Sequence record: SRR31156797_1719
Reading direction: 5' to 3' (one strand)
Length of the DNA: 64,000 bases
Both the position numbers and the translations under genes were made by a program. Positions within the stretch are counted from its first letter, which is position 1, and every line of letters starts with the position of its first letter. Below, piece by piece: positions 9,987 to 19,197 of the stretch. A model generated the notes under the pieces. The model had not been told where the DNA came from. It made no database searches and was given only the letters and a program-made list of their open reading frames with translations.

Positions 9987-10011
9987 GTATAAAAAAATTC
10001 CCTAATGTACA
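9987..10011 (+). promoter_or_regulatory. Putative HxlR-family operator abutting the -35 of the acetolactate synthase-like gene promoter
   Basis: GTATAAAAAAATTCCCTAATGTACA ending in TGTACA, then 17 nt, then TATAGT. Confidence 0.7.
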
Positions 10012-10121
10012 ACTCTTTCTTTTGAATCTATAGTACACGAGTAAGCAAATTTATTACCTTTACAGTTATCTCAAGTAATCCTAATAAACAACTTGCAAAA
10101 AACATTTAGGAGAGATTTATT

Positions 10122-11798
10122 ATGAATAAGAACGGTGCAGACTTGATTGTAGATACATTGATTAAAAATGGTGTGGAATATGTCTTTCAATTGCCAGGCG
10201 GCAAGTTGGGTCCGTTATTAATGGCTTTGAAAAAACGTGAAGAGATTAAAGTTGTTACGGTAAGACATGAACAAAATGCTGGTTTCATGGCACAAGGAAT
10301 TGGGCGCATGACTGGTAAACCTGGTGTAGTGATGACTACGTCAGGACCGGGGGCTTTGAATTTGGTCACGCCCTTAGCTACGGCGACTTCTGATGGTGAC
10401 CCGGTATTGGCTATTGCCGGACAAGTTCCACAAGCGAAGTTAGTAACACCGTATCCTCAAAATCCTAATATTTCTGGCGTAATGAATGATTCAACGATTA
10501 CTAAATATGCCAAGGAAATTCAGCATACCGATGCCCTTGCGGATGAAGTAGCGAATGCGTATGTCTCAAGTATCAATGGCAATCCCGGGGCCGTTTTTAT
10601 GGATATTCCAAGTAATATTCTGTTAGCTGAGACCACTAAATCTGGTTTGGCTTTTTCGACCTTAGTGAATCAATTGGACAATACGATTAGTGACGAAGCT
10701 GCCATTCTTAGTGCAGTTGAGAAAATCAAAGCGGCAAAACGCCCAGTTATTATCGTTGGTGCTCGGGCAGCCGATGATAATGCGGCGGCTGCCATTCAAG
10801 GGTTCGTTAAAAAAACGGGAATTCCGGTCGTGGAGACGTTCGAAGCTACAGGTCTATTGACGCATGAGTTTTCCCAAAACTATGTGGGTCGAGTGGGGCT
10901 GTTTAATAACCTGCCTGGGGATGAACTGGTTTTTAACAGTGATTTAGTGATTACATTGGGATTAAATTTGGTTGAATACTGGGCTTCTGTTTGGAATACC
11001 GATAACAAGCGCATTATTGATATTGATACTGTAGTGGATCATTTAGATGAAACTTATCTCCCTGACACCATCCTCTTAGGCAATATCGCAAAAAATCTAA
11101 AAAATATTACCAATAGCATAACGGAACAAGCCATTACGGATGAGTGGAAAATGGTGGTTCATGACTTGCAAGAAAAATTGACAGCGAAGAAAAAAGTACC
11201 CAGCCAAACACCTGAGGATGCACTACATCCATTGGAAATTGTTGACTCTTTGCAAAAAATAATCGAGGCTCATCCAAATACGACCGTTGTTATGGATGGA
11301 GGAAGTCATGAAGTGTGGCTGGGTTCGTACCTAAATGTGTATCGGCCAAAACATTTCTTAATGTCTGATGGGGAACAAACCTTAGGCGTCGGTCTTCCTT
11401 GGGCGATTTCAGCAGCACTGTTACGTCCAGAGGAAAAGATTTTGTCTTCAGGTGGGGATGGCAGCTTTATGTTTTCCTCACAAGAATTAGCTACAGTAGC
11501 CCATTACAATTTGAATATTGTGCAAGTAATCTGGGTGGATAAAGAATACAACATGGTTGAATTCCAACAAGAACTAGACTATAACGGACAAAAAGAAGGG
11601 GTCGATATCGATTATATTGGGTATAAAGAAATGGCTGAAAGCTACGGTATTAAAGCAGTTCGTGTACGTTCCAAAGAAGCTTTAGATGCTGCGCTGAAGG
11701 AAGCGTACGCTACGAGTGAACCAAGAGTGATTGAAATGATCGAAGACAATCATGAGAATATTCATTTACGAGATAAAGAACCGTTTAAAAAGTACTGA
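10122..11798 (+). CDS. alsS: ThDP-dependent acetolactate synthase-like enzyme (AlsS-type)
   Basis: RHEQNAGFMA, TSGPG, YVGRVGLF.N.PGD, GGDGSFMFSSQEL...NMV ThDP motif; several positions diverge from canonical AlsS. Confidence 0.8.
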   Translation: MNKNGADLIVDTLIKNGVEYVFQLPGGKLGPLLMALKKREEIKVVTVRHEQNAGFMAQGIGRMTGKPGVVMTTSGPGALNLVTPLATATSDGDPVLAIAGQVPQAKLVTPYPQNPNISGVMNDSTITKYAKEIQHTDALADEVANAYVSSINGNPGAVFMDIPSNILLAETTKSGLAFSTLVNQLDNTISDEAAILSAVEKIKAAKRPVIIVGARAADDNAAAAIQGFVKKTGIPVVETFEATGLLTHEFSQNYVGRVGLFNNLPGDELVFNSDLVITLGLNLVEYWASVWNTDNKRIIDIDTVVDHLDETYLPDTILLGNIAKNLKNITNSITEQAITDEWKMVVHDLQEKLTAKKKVPSQTPEDALHPLEIVDSLQKIIEAHPNTTVVMDGGSHEVWLGSYLNVYRPKHFLMSDGEQTLGVGLPWAISAALLRPEEKILSSGGDGSFMFSSQELATVAHYNLNIVQVIWVDKEYNMVEFQQELDYNGQKEGVDIDYIGYKEMAESYGIKAVRVRSKEALDAALKEAYATSEPRVIEMIEDNHENIHLRDKEPFKKY

Positions 11799-12366
11799 GT
11801 CTTTCTACTATGGGCCACAAAACATGTGTTAGAAAAGAATGGCAATGCACCTTTACTACGTTAAAGAAAAGAAAGTTCTTTTTACAATAAAAACAGTGCC
11901 TGACTAAAAATATGAAGTGGAATTTTTAGAGAATCCAGGACAGAAGTCTTTAATAAAATGCCGTTGGTAAGGACGATGATTCGTTTGCTGCTAGCGGTAT
12001 TTTTGTTAGCATCTCCTCTGATTTTTTCGGAGAAAAGGTCTGCCAATTCGGCACTGTCTTAAAAAAGCACATCGATACTCTAAATACGGTGGATAGCGGT
12101 GATTTGGATACGTGTTTCTAGTCTTCATAGAGGCAGATTTCAAGTAAGTCGAATGAAGGAAATTAAGCACTTCCTATGTTGTTTGATGGAAGAATTATTA
12201 GTGAGGAGACTCCTTTTTCCAGCTAAGGAATGACTTCTATAGGATGGTTTCCTTGTTAATTGTTGTAAGTATAATGTGTAAAAATATTTTAAGTTTCTTT
12301 TTTTAATGATTGATATGTATAATAAGATGGTAAAGCAATAAAGTGTATGCTGAAAAGAGGTCTCTT

Positions 12367-12615
12367 ATGAAAAAATTTGCACTCGGCGTTTTTTGTTTCA
12401 GTCTTTTTATCACGGTCGTTGGCTTTTTTTTACAAACGATTTTGATTCCTATTCAAGATTTTGACACAATAAGCCAAGAAGAGCTTAAGAATATCCAACT
12501 TGATCTTGCTATTAATTATCCATTAGGAACTGGTATGCTCTATGTCGGACTTCCTTTGTTAGTATGCTCGAGTGGTTATTTGGTTTATTGTTATTTTAGA
12601 GATAGGAAGAACTGA
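12367..12615 (+). CDS. Small membrane protein (two hydrophobic helices)
   Basis: Probable ATG at 12367 behind AAGAGG; two TM segments. Confidence 0.6.
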   Translation: MKKFALGVFCFSLFITVVGFFLQTILIPIQDFDTISQEELKNIQLDLAINYPLGTGMLYVGLPLLVCSSGYLVYCYFRDRKN

Positions 12616-12669
12616 AAGAAGAGTAAAACTATCTGGAGTATAAAGCTTTCGTTCATTAGGAGGGATAAG

Positions 12670-13284
12670 TTGAAAAGAGGGTTATTTTTATTGTTTTATG
12701 TCCTATGGAAGGGGCTAGCAATACGTGGCATTCCTTCTTTTTATGCAAGATATTTGATGAGTTATAATCATTTCGGAGTAAAACTATTGTTCGTTTTACT
12801 TGGTATCCTTCTTTTCCGTAACTATTTAGTAGAGAGTTATAAAAAGATAAATAAAATTGCGCTAATAAAAATCGGTCTCATCGTACCTACTAGTATTATC
12901 CTCACTATCGGTTTAATTAATATTCTTTTATTTCGTGATCTCAATGCGTTGATTTTTGTTTATCTCTCCGATCAAAGAACCCTTCCATTTGTATTCGATG
13001 TACTTTTGCTAGCACCTGTTTTCGAGGAAATGCTTTATCGCTATACACTGATTTATGTTGGAGAAAAACGATGGTTGAGAATCATCACTGCTGTCGGAAG
13101 CCTCTTGCTTTTTACTGAAAGTCATATCGTAAATGTGAACGGGAATCTTTTTGCTCTTTTTCCCTACTTTGTCATAGGGTTTTATTTGACGATCACCTAT
13201 TTACGTAGGGGAAATATTTGGGAATCCATTTTTGCACATAGCTTCTATAATTTCGTTGTGATGGCAGCAGCTATCTTGATCTAA
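12670..13284 (+). CDS. CPBP (CAAX/Abi) family intramembrane metalloprotease
   Basis: APVFEEMLYR, F..SH and H..YN motifs; hydrophobic protein; TTG start with GGAGG RBS. Confidence 0.85.
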   Translation: MKRGLFLLFYVLWKGLAIRGIPSFYARYLMSYNHFGVKLLFVLLGILLFRNYLVESYKKINKIALIKIGLIVPTSIILTIGLINILLFRDLNALIFVYLSDQRTLPFVFDVLLLAPVFEEMLYRYTLIYVGEKRWLRIITAVGSLLLFTESHIVNVNGNLFALFPYFVIGFYLTITYLRRGNIWESIFAHSFYNFVVMAAAILI

Positions 13285-13594
13285 AGATTTCTTCTTAATG
13301 TTTCCTCTTAATAGTAGAAGAATTGGGGGCAATTTATCTATTATGTACGTATAGAATCTCTAAAACATATTTGGTGAAAGTACATTTGAGAGGTCAGAGA
13401 AGCGTCTTAGGCATGTTGTTTTGTACAGTTCTTATCTACGAATGTCTGTCCTTCGTCATTTTTTAGATCATCATTTAGGTTCCACTGCTAAATATGAAAA
13501 GCAACTCCTTGTTCAAAGATGACTCACTGGCCCTATTTCCAAGAACATTGTCATACTGACAAAGAAAAGTGACGACATACAATTCAGTAAGAAC

Positions 13595-13642
13595 TAATAC
13601 AAGTCCGCTTCCTTTTGCAATGTGAGCGGACTTGTATTGGTT
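13595..13642 (-). terminator. Putative terminator downstream of the aldo/keto reductase gene
   Basis: AATACAAGTCCGCT...AGCGGACTTGTATT stem. Confidence 0.55.
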
Positions 13643-13660
13643 TTCTTCAATAAAAACCTA

Positions 13661-14527
13661 TTAACTTTCAGTATCTAACATCCGCTCCATAAACCATTCC
13701 ACTTGTTGGGGGGCATCGTGGTCAAAGAATGCGGACTCTTTTTTATCTAAAGCGGCTATTTTTTCAATGTCTTCTTGGGAAAGCTCAAAGTCAAAAATAG
13801 CAATGTTTTCAGCCATCCGTTCTGGACGAACTGTTTTTGCTAAAGCGACAATCCCTCTTTGCATCAACCAGCGAAGAACAACTTGACCAACCGTTTTGCC
13901 ATATTGCTTGCCAATTTCTGCTAATGTCGGATTGGTAAATAGGTCATGGCGTCCTTCTGCAAAGGGAGCCCAAGCTTCAACTTGGACGTCATATTTTTCA
14001 TGCCATTCCTGATCTTCCGCTCGTTGATTCCAAGGGTTCACTTCGATTTGATTGATTTGAGGTTTCGCCTCATTCAAGCCGACAAACTCGATCATCTTAG
14101 CTGATTTGAAATTTGAAACGCCAATTGCACGTAATTTTCCTGTTTTTTGAGCAGCAACCATTGAGCGCCAAGCACCATAAATATCTCCATATGGTTGGTG
14201 AATAAGGTAGAGATCAAGATAAGTTAATCCCATTGTTTCAAGCGAATGTTCAATCGTTTCTTTCGCTTTATCTTCGGAAGCTTGGAGAATAAATAATTTA
14301 GAGGTAACAAAAAGTTCTTCTCGAGTGACTAGACCTTCAGTGATGGCGCGCTTGATTCCCTCGCCTGTTTCTGTTTCATTTCCATAAATAGAAGCAGTGT
14401 CGATCAGTCGATACCCAGCTTTGATTGCTTGGTAAACAGCTTCTGCTGTTTCTTCCAAAGGTATTTGATAAACGCCAAATCCTAGTTGCGGCATGGTGAC
14501 ACCATTATTGAGTGTGATTGTTTGCAT
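13661..14527 (-). CDS. Aldo/keto reductase (2,5-DKG reductase-like)
   Basis: LNNG..MPQLGFGVYQ, GYRLIDTAS.YGNE, YLDLYLIHQP, IGVSNF; start at ATG 14527 with GAGGAGG RBS. Confidence 0.93.
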   Translation of the reverse strand: MQTITLNNGVTMPQLGFGVYQIPLEETAEAVYQAIKAGYRLIDTASIYGNETETGEGIKRAITEGLVTREELFVTSKLFILQASEDKAKETIEHSLETMGLTYLDLYLIHQPYGDIYGAWRSMVAAQKTGKLRAIGVSNFKSAKMIEFVGLNEAKPQINQIEVNPWNQRAEDQEWHEKYDVQVEAWAPFAEGRHDLFTNPTLAEIGKQYGKTVGQVVLRWLMQRGIVALAKTVRPERMAENIAIFDFELSQEDIEKIAALDKKESAFFDHDAPQQVEWFMERMLDTES

Positions 14528-14561
14528 AATGTTTCCTCCTCTAATTTTCATTGCATGTTCT

Positions 14562-14592
14562 ATCCTAAACCTTGGAGTTAAGTCCATAGCAA
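14562..14592 (-). promoter_or_regulatory. MerR-type promoter (19-bp spacer) for the aldo/keto reductase
   Basis: Minus strand TTGCTA-19 nt-TAGGAT with an imperfect dyad in the spacer. Confidence 0.7.
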
Positions 14593-14602
14593 GTGAAAGA
14601 TG

Positions 14603-15022
14603 TTACTTTTTTCGTTCCCATAATTTTTCCACTTTATCAGGGGTCATATTTCCTGCTTTAAATTTTGCGATATGCTCATCATACGTTTCTATCTTATAAA
14701 TAAGTAGGTCTCTTACTTCCTGCATTGCTGCTAACTTTTTCTCTAATTCTTCGAGTTGATCGGCTAAAATCTGTTTCTGAGCTGTTTCGACGTTTTGACT
14801 TTCACGTACTTGTGCCAATTGAGCAAATTCAATTAGCGATTCGATCGACAATCCTGCATTTCGTAAATGTTTTGCTAAATAGATCCAGTTTAGATCATTT
14901 GTTGTGTACACCCGATAGCCACTCTCATTGCGTTGGACAGGTGGAATCACACCGACTCGTTCATAATAGCGCAATGTGTCTACGCTCAAATCAAACATTT
15001 CCGCTGCTTTTTTTATATTCAT
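14603..15022 (-). CDS. MerR family regulator (AdhR/NmlR-like)
   Basis: MNIKKAAE...S.DTLRYYER.GVIPPV.RNESGYR.Y. Confidence 0.93.
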   Translation of the reverse strand: MNIKKAAEMFDLSVDTLRYYERVGVIPPVQRNESGYRVYTTNDLNWIYLAKHLRNAGLSIESLIEFAQLAQVRESQNVETAQKQILADQLEELEKKLAAMQEVRDLLIYKIETYDEHIAKFKAGNMTPDKVEKLWERKK

Positions 15023-15052
15023 CGTTGGTTCTCCTTATCTTTTCTATAAGTA

Positions 15053-15083
15053 ATCATAAACCCTGAAGTGGACTCTAGGGCAA
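15053..15083 (-). promoter_or_regulatory. MerR-type promoter (19-bp spacer) for the merR-family gene
   Basis: Minus strand TTGCCC-19 nt-TATGAT with CCCTAGAG...CTTCAGGG dyad. Confidence 0.7.
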
Positions 15084-15411
15084 GTGGTTTAAAATCGTTT
15101 ATTGAAAAGAATATATTTTGTTCGTTATGGCGACTATTCGGGAAGAAAAAGCTACAAGCATTTTTATTTCAACAGAATGATTTGAGAAATCATCAGTATT
15201 GAAAGCTCCTTTCTTAGTGTGTTTCAAAGCAAGTCATACTCTCTTAGAATTGATTGTTTCGTTATCTATTTGAGCGAGGCAGTTTTTATCCATAGATTTT
15301 AAATAAATCCATCTCATGTTATGATGATGTTGAAAATTCTTAACTTGGATCAATGAAACAGCGATTCTTGTTATGAAAAACGAAAATAAGCTGATGAGAG
15401 TGTGACTATCC

Positions 15412-15864
15412 ATGAATATAAAAGAAGTAAGTAGTATGAATCAAAAGTTAGAGCAACAATTAATTGAAGTATGGGAGAGTTCTGTTAAGGCGACGCACAC
15501 CTTTTTGTCAGAGACCGAAATCCAAGCCATTAAGCAATACATTCCAGAGGCATTGCATCATGTGCCACATTTGATTATCGTAGAAAGTGAAAATGGAGAG
15601 CCAGCTGGCTTCATGGGGATCTCGGATCGAAATCTTGAAATGCTTTTTATAGCAAATGAACAAAGAGGCAAGGGACTAGGAAGAAAACTCTTGGCATACG
15701 GGATGGAAAACTATTCTGTAAATGAACTGGGAGTAAATGAACAGAATCCTCAGGCGAAAGGATTTTATGAGCATATGGGATTTGAGGTATACAAAAGAAG
15801 CGAGTTAGACGAACAAGGAAACCCTTATCCAATTCTTTATATGAAGAAAGTTGATAACAAGTAG
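15412..15864 (+). CDS. GNAT family acetyltransferase (YjaB-like)
   Basis: VWESSVKATHTFL, LEMLFI, RGKGLGRKL, VNEQNPQA.GFYEHMGF, DEQGNPYP. Confidence 0.9.
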   Translation: MNIKEVSSMNQKLEQQLIEVWESSVKATHTFLSETEIQAIKQYIPEALHHVPHLIIVESENGEPAGFMGISDRNLEMLFIANEQRGKGLGRKLLAYGMENYSVNELGVNEQNPQAKGFYEHMGFEVYKRSELDEQGNPYPILYMKKVDNK

Positions 15865-15899
15865 CTGTTAAAAATTATTTGCGTTTGCGGGAAATATGT

Positions 15900-15943
15900 A
15901 AGAAGGAGTCGAGACATATATAGCTAGTCACGACCCCTTCTTT
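15900..15943. terminator. Probable bidirectional terminator between the GNAT and precursor genes
   Basis: AAGAAGGAGTCG...CGACCCCTTCTTT stem between convergent genes. Confidence 0.6.
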
Positions 15944-15994
15944 GATTGCTATTATCCTTATTAATAAGTAAAGTAAGGATCAAATGATTTTCTC

Positions 15995-16153
15995 TTAACT
16001 AGCTTTCTCTTCTTTTTTTATCTCTTCTTTTTTCTGATTTGAAAATGGTGTATCAGTCTCTTCAGGTAAGATGATTGGTGGATGATGGGAATGCTGATTA
16101 CTTCCACACATGGTGATGATTTGTTCTTTTGAAGCTTCAGAGATTACTTTCAT
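15995..16153 (-). CDS. Putative RiPP precursor peptide, 52 aa (MKVISEASKEQIITMCGSNQHSHHPPIILPEETDTPFSNQKKEEIKKEEKAS)
   Basis: Strong GAAAGGAGAGG RBS before ATG 16153 (the 74-aa track ORF is an upstream extension); directly downstream of the ABC exporter next to two rSAM/SPASM genes. Confidence 0.7.
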   Translation of the reverse strand: MKVISEASKEQIITMCGSNQHSHHPPIILPEETDTPFSNQKKEEIKKEEKAS

Positions 16154-16215
16154 TGTATACCTCTCCTTTCTTTTATATTTCCAGATGACATAAGGTAGGC
16201 CTATATCATCTAAAT

Positions 16216-17823
16216 TCATGATTTATTTAACTGAATTAGCTCATCAAATGAACCTAGAAATTCCTGATTTGTTGAGTGAGTAACGACAATGATTATTTTA
16301 TCTGTAAGTGAGCAGATTAAGTCACTGATAATCATCTCGTTTATACTGTCTAGACCAGATGTTGGTTCGTCAAAAAGAATAACATCGGAATCTTTAAAGA
16401 TTGCCCGAGCAATCTCAAGCCGTCTAAGCTCGCCGCCAGAAAGAAAGTTTATCCATGTATTATCTTGCGTATCGGTTAAATCATTGTTATCAAAGCGATC
16501 ATCTAATCCACTTCGTTTTAAAACATCAACGATTTTTTCAAGTTCGTATTCACTAAAAATAGAAACGTTGTAAGCAATACTCGTCTGGAAGATAGCAGTT
16601 TTTTGTTGGACAAGTGCAACTTTCTCATAAAGGGAGTCTCTAGATAGCTGATTCATCTCTTGCTGGTCAACCAATACTTGATGATCGTCGATAGGGTAAA
16701 TTCCCGCTAAAATATTCAATAGTGTCGACTTCCCGCTACCGCTTGCGCCAGTGATAGCATATTTTTTTCCACGCTCAAATGTTTGAGTAAAACCATTAAA
16801 AATCAAACGATTTCCATGATGGAAATGCAGATTTTCAATCGATAAAGTATTTATTGGTTCTGCAAGTTCAAGTGAGCGATTGGGCTCATCATCATCGGTA
16901 CCATCAATGAAAGCTATAAGATCGTCCGCGACCTTCTTGCTCGCTAAAATATCTGTAACTGAAGTACTGAAATACTCTAACGGACCGGCAATCGTACTCA
17001 TTAGTGTAGTCATCGCAATAAGATCGGGAATGGTGATTATTTTGGCAGCAACAAAGAAACCACCAACGATCCATGTCCCTGAATAGGCAAGATCCCCAAG
17101 TCCAAAAGAAATTGCATAAGTCAGTCCTTGTAAGGTTTCAAAAGTGATACTTTCCTTTTTTAATCGTTCACTACTGTTAGTAAAAATTTTCGTATATGTT
17201 GGAAAACCTTTGCCGACACGTAAGGTCAGGTATCCTGAGAGAAGTTGGTCAAATAAACTAAGTGTACGATCTTGCTCCAGAACAACGGACTTGCGACGAT
17301 CACTAAGGATTCGCTTAGCGAAATAAGGGGCTAGCAAAGGACTAAAAGCTAAGAGCAGCATAATCAATGAAAAAGAAGTGTTTAATTTTAGTGTGAATAA
17401 AAGAGAGAATAGAAAGGTAAAAATGCTTAAAATCAGTCCAAATCCGGGCTTTAAAAATTCTAATTCAACGACTTTCATTTCATTTGCCAACTTTGAGAGA
17501 TACTCGTTTTTCTCATTTTTAAGAAATAGTACCGGATTCATTCGAACGATTTTCTGCGAGAGACTCTCTCTCAGTTGATTCATTATTGATTGAACTAAGA
17601 CGGATTTACTTCTTCTTGGAATAAAATCGCTCATCGTGTTCAATAAGATGTAAAAGAAGGCGAATATACCAATAAATAAAAGTCTTTTTACATCTCCTGA
17701 CATAGCAACCTCGGTGATTTGTCTATACACCAAAGCAACCCCAACTTGAATGAGCGCTGCCATTGCGCATAAAATCACATGCAAAAAGAAAAGTGGTTGG
17801 TTTCTTTTTAATATTTTTTTCAT
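16216..17823 (-). CDS. ABC exporter, fused permease + ATPase (no C39 peptidase domain)
   Basis: N-terminal TM domain, Walker A GASGSGKST, signature LSGGE, Walker B ILFDEPTS; 535 aa. Confidence 0.92.
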   Translation of the reverse strand: MKKILKRNQPLFFLHVILCAMAALIQVGVALVYRQITEVAMSGDVKRLLFIGIFAFFYILLNTMSDFIPRRSKSVLVQSIMNQLRESLSQKIVRMNPVLFLKNEKNEYLSKLANEMKVVELEFLKPGFGLILSIFTFLFSLLFTLKLNTSFSLIMLLLAFSPLLAPYFAKRILSDRRKSVVLEQDRTLSLFDQLLSGYLTLRVGKGFPTYTKIFTNSSERLKKESITFETLQGLTYAISFGLGDLAYSGTWIVGGFFVAAKIITIPDLIAMTTLMSTIAGPLEYFSTSVTDILASKKVADDLIAFIDGTDDDEPNRSLELAEPINTLSIENLHFHHGNRLIFNGFTQTFERGKKYAITGASGSGKSTLLNILAGIYPIDDHQVLVDQQEMNQLSRDSLYEKVALVQQKTAIFQTSIAYNVSIFSEYELEKIVDVLKRSGLDDRFDNNDLTDTQDNTWINFLSGGELRRLEIARAIFKDSDVILFDEPTSGLDSINEMIISDLICSLTDKIIIVVTHSTNQEFLGSFDELIQLNKS

Positions 17824-17843
17824 TCTCTCCCTCCTATGTAAAA

Positions 17844-17896
17844 ACTATATCACAAATTAAAAAAAAATTGAAATATTATTTTGTGAAATGTATAAT
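17844..17896. promoter_or_regulatory. Divergent promoters of the rSAM-peptide cluster
   Basis: + strand TTGAAA(17868)-17 nt-TATAAT(17891); - strand extended -10 TGaTATAGT at 17844-17852. Confidence 0.6.
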
Positions 17897-17918
17897 TATT
17901 GAAAAAGGGGGTTAGGTG

Positions 17919-19187
17919 ATGCGTTTTTCACGGTATGTCGATATCATTGAGAACGGTAACGAGACTATTCTTTGCAATACATTAACGCAAGAAATAGTTA
18001 CTATTGATTCAAAAAAAATGAAAAGTAAAACGGAGATTTCGAGCGAAATAAGTGAAGGTGAACGAAAATATTTATTTGAAAATGGATTTATACACGGTGA
18101 TTTGGAAAGTTATAAACAGAAAACAATCAATTTAAAGAGAGACTTAGTTACTATCACTATAAATATCACAGAAGATTGCAACTTTTCGTGTACTTATTGT
18201 TACCAGAATGATTTCCTTTCTAAAAATGTTATTACTGATCAGACGATAAATAATATAATGCAATACATTTTAGACATTGCTCAGCTAGGCGTTCGGAGAC
18301 TATATATCTATTTTTTCGGGGGCGAGCCACTTCTTTATAAAAAAAGAATTCTCGCAATTAAAAGTAAGATTGATCAAATTGCGTCAGAGAAATCACTCTC
18401 AATTTCTTATGGTTTAGGAACAAACGCCTATCTACTCACTCCAGATTTTATAAATCATTTTGATTCTTTAATTGTCGATACTACACTAACATCTAGAAAA
18501 GATCATGATAGAAATAGATCTCTTAAGAGTGGAAGCGGAACGTATGATAAGATTTTTGAAAATCTAGCGGTAGCATCTAAGAGCGGACGTGTTAAAATCC
18601 ATATTGGTTATAATACATCTGATAAAAATACAGAAGAGTTTCAGTCTTTTCTCGTTACGATCCGCCAAAGTGATATCAAAGCCCATATCAATTGCTATTA
18701 CATTAATAACTATGAGTTTAATGAAAATTATTTCAATGCATTATCCTATGAAAAATATCTAAAGTGGGTATCTTCAACTGCAATTGATCACCTAATTGAA
18801 AACGGTTTCCTGGTGAATGTCTCTCCATTTTCTTCGTATCGCTTTGAGTGCGATGCGTATAATCCTTGGTCTGTAAAGTTTTTCTCTGATGGATCTATAG
18901 GGTTATGTAATGCAACAAATTTTTATGAACGTAGAATAATAAAAAGTTTTACAGAATCATCTTCTTTTGCAGAAGATGTTCAATATAGCCTTTATGACCA
19001 AAAGAGTGTTCTTCCGAAAAGCAACAATCAGTGTAATTCATGTGAATTAATTGCAGTGTGTCGAGGAAAGGTACAGTGTGATACTTCATGTAACCCCAAC
19101 TATTCAATTGATAGAGAAACATTCATACGTTCTTTTGTAAAGCATACAAATCTAGGTAACAGAAAATTTTTTACCCAATTTAATTAG
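17919..19187 (+). CDS. Radical SAM/SPASM domain peptide maturase 1
   Basis: CNFSCTYC (CxxxCxxC), FFGGEPLL, HD.NR...GSGTY; C-terminal Cys set ECDAY..GLC..CNSC.....C.....C...C; ~75-aa N-terminal extension (RRE-like); ATG 17919 or GTG 17916. Confidence 0.88.
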   Translation: MRFSRYVDIIENGNETILCNTLTQEIVTIDSKKMKSKTEISSEISEGERKYLFENGFIHGDLESYKQKTINLKRDLVTITINITEDCNFSCTYCYQNDFLSKNVITDQTINNIMQYILDIAQLGVRRLYIYFFGGEPLLYKKRILAIKSKIDQIASEKSLSISYGLGTNAYLLTPDFINHFDSLIVDTTLTSRKDHDRNRSLKSGSGTYDKIFENLAVASKSGRVKIHIGYNTSDKNTEEFQSFLVTIRQSDIKAHINCYYINNYEFNENYFNALSYEKYLKWVSSTAIDHLIENGFLVNVSPFSSYRFECDAYNPWSVKFFSDGSIGLCNATNFYERRIIKSFTESSSFAEDVQYSLYDQKSVLPKSNNQCNSCELIAVCRGKVQCDTSCNPNYSIDRETFIRSFVKHTNLGNRKFFTQFN

Positions 19188-19197
19188 GAGTGATTTT

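Noticed and set aside
8800-10011. TGT...ACA 25-bp inverted repeats as transposon ends or an invertible segment
   Set aside because: No transposase or recombinase inside or nearby and no target-site duplication; each repeat is exactly phased with a -35/17/-10 promoter, which an operator explains better
16154-16219. N-terminal 22 codons of the 74-aa track ORF
   Set aside because: The strong RBS lies inside this extension, pointing to ATG 16153 as the start
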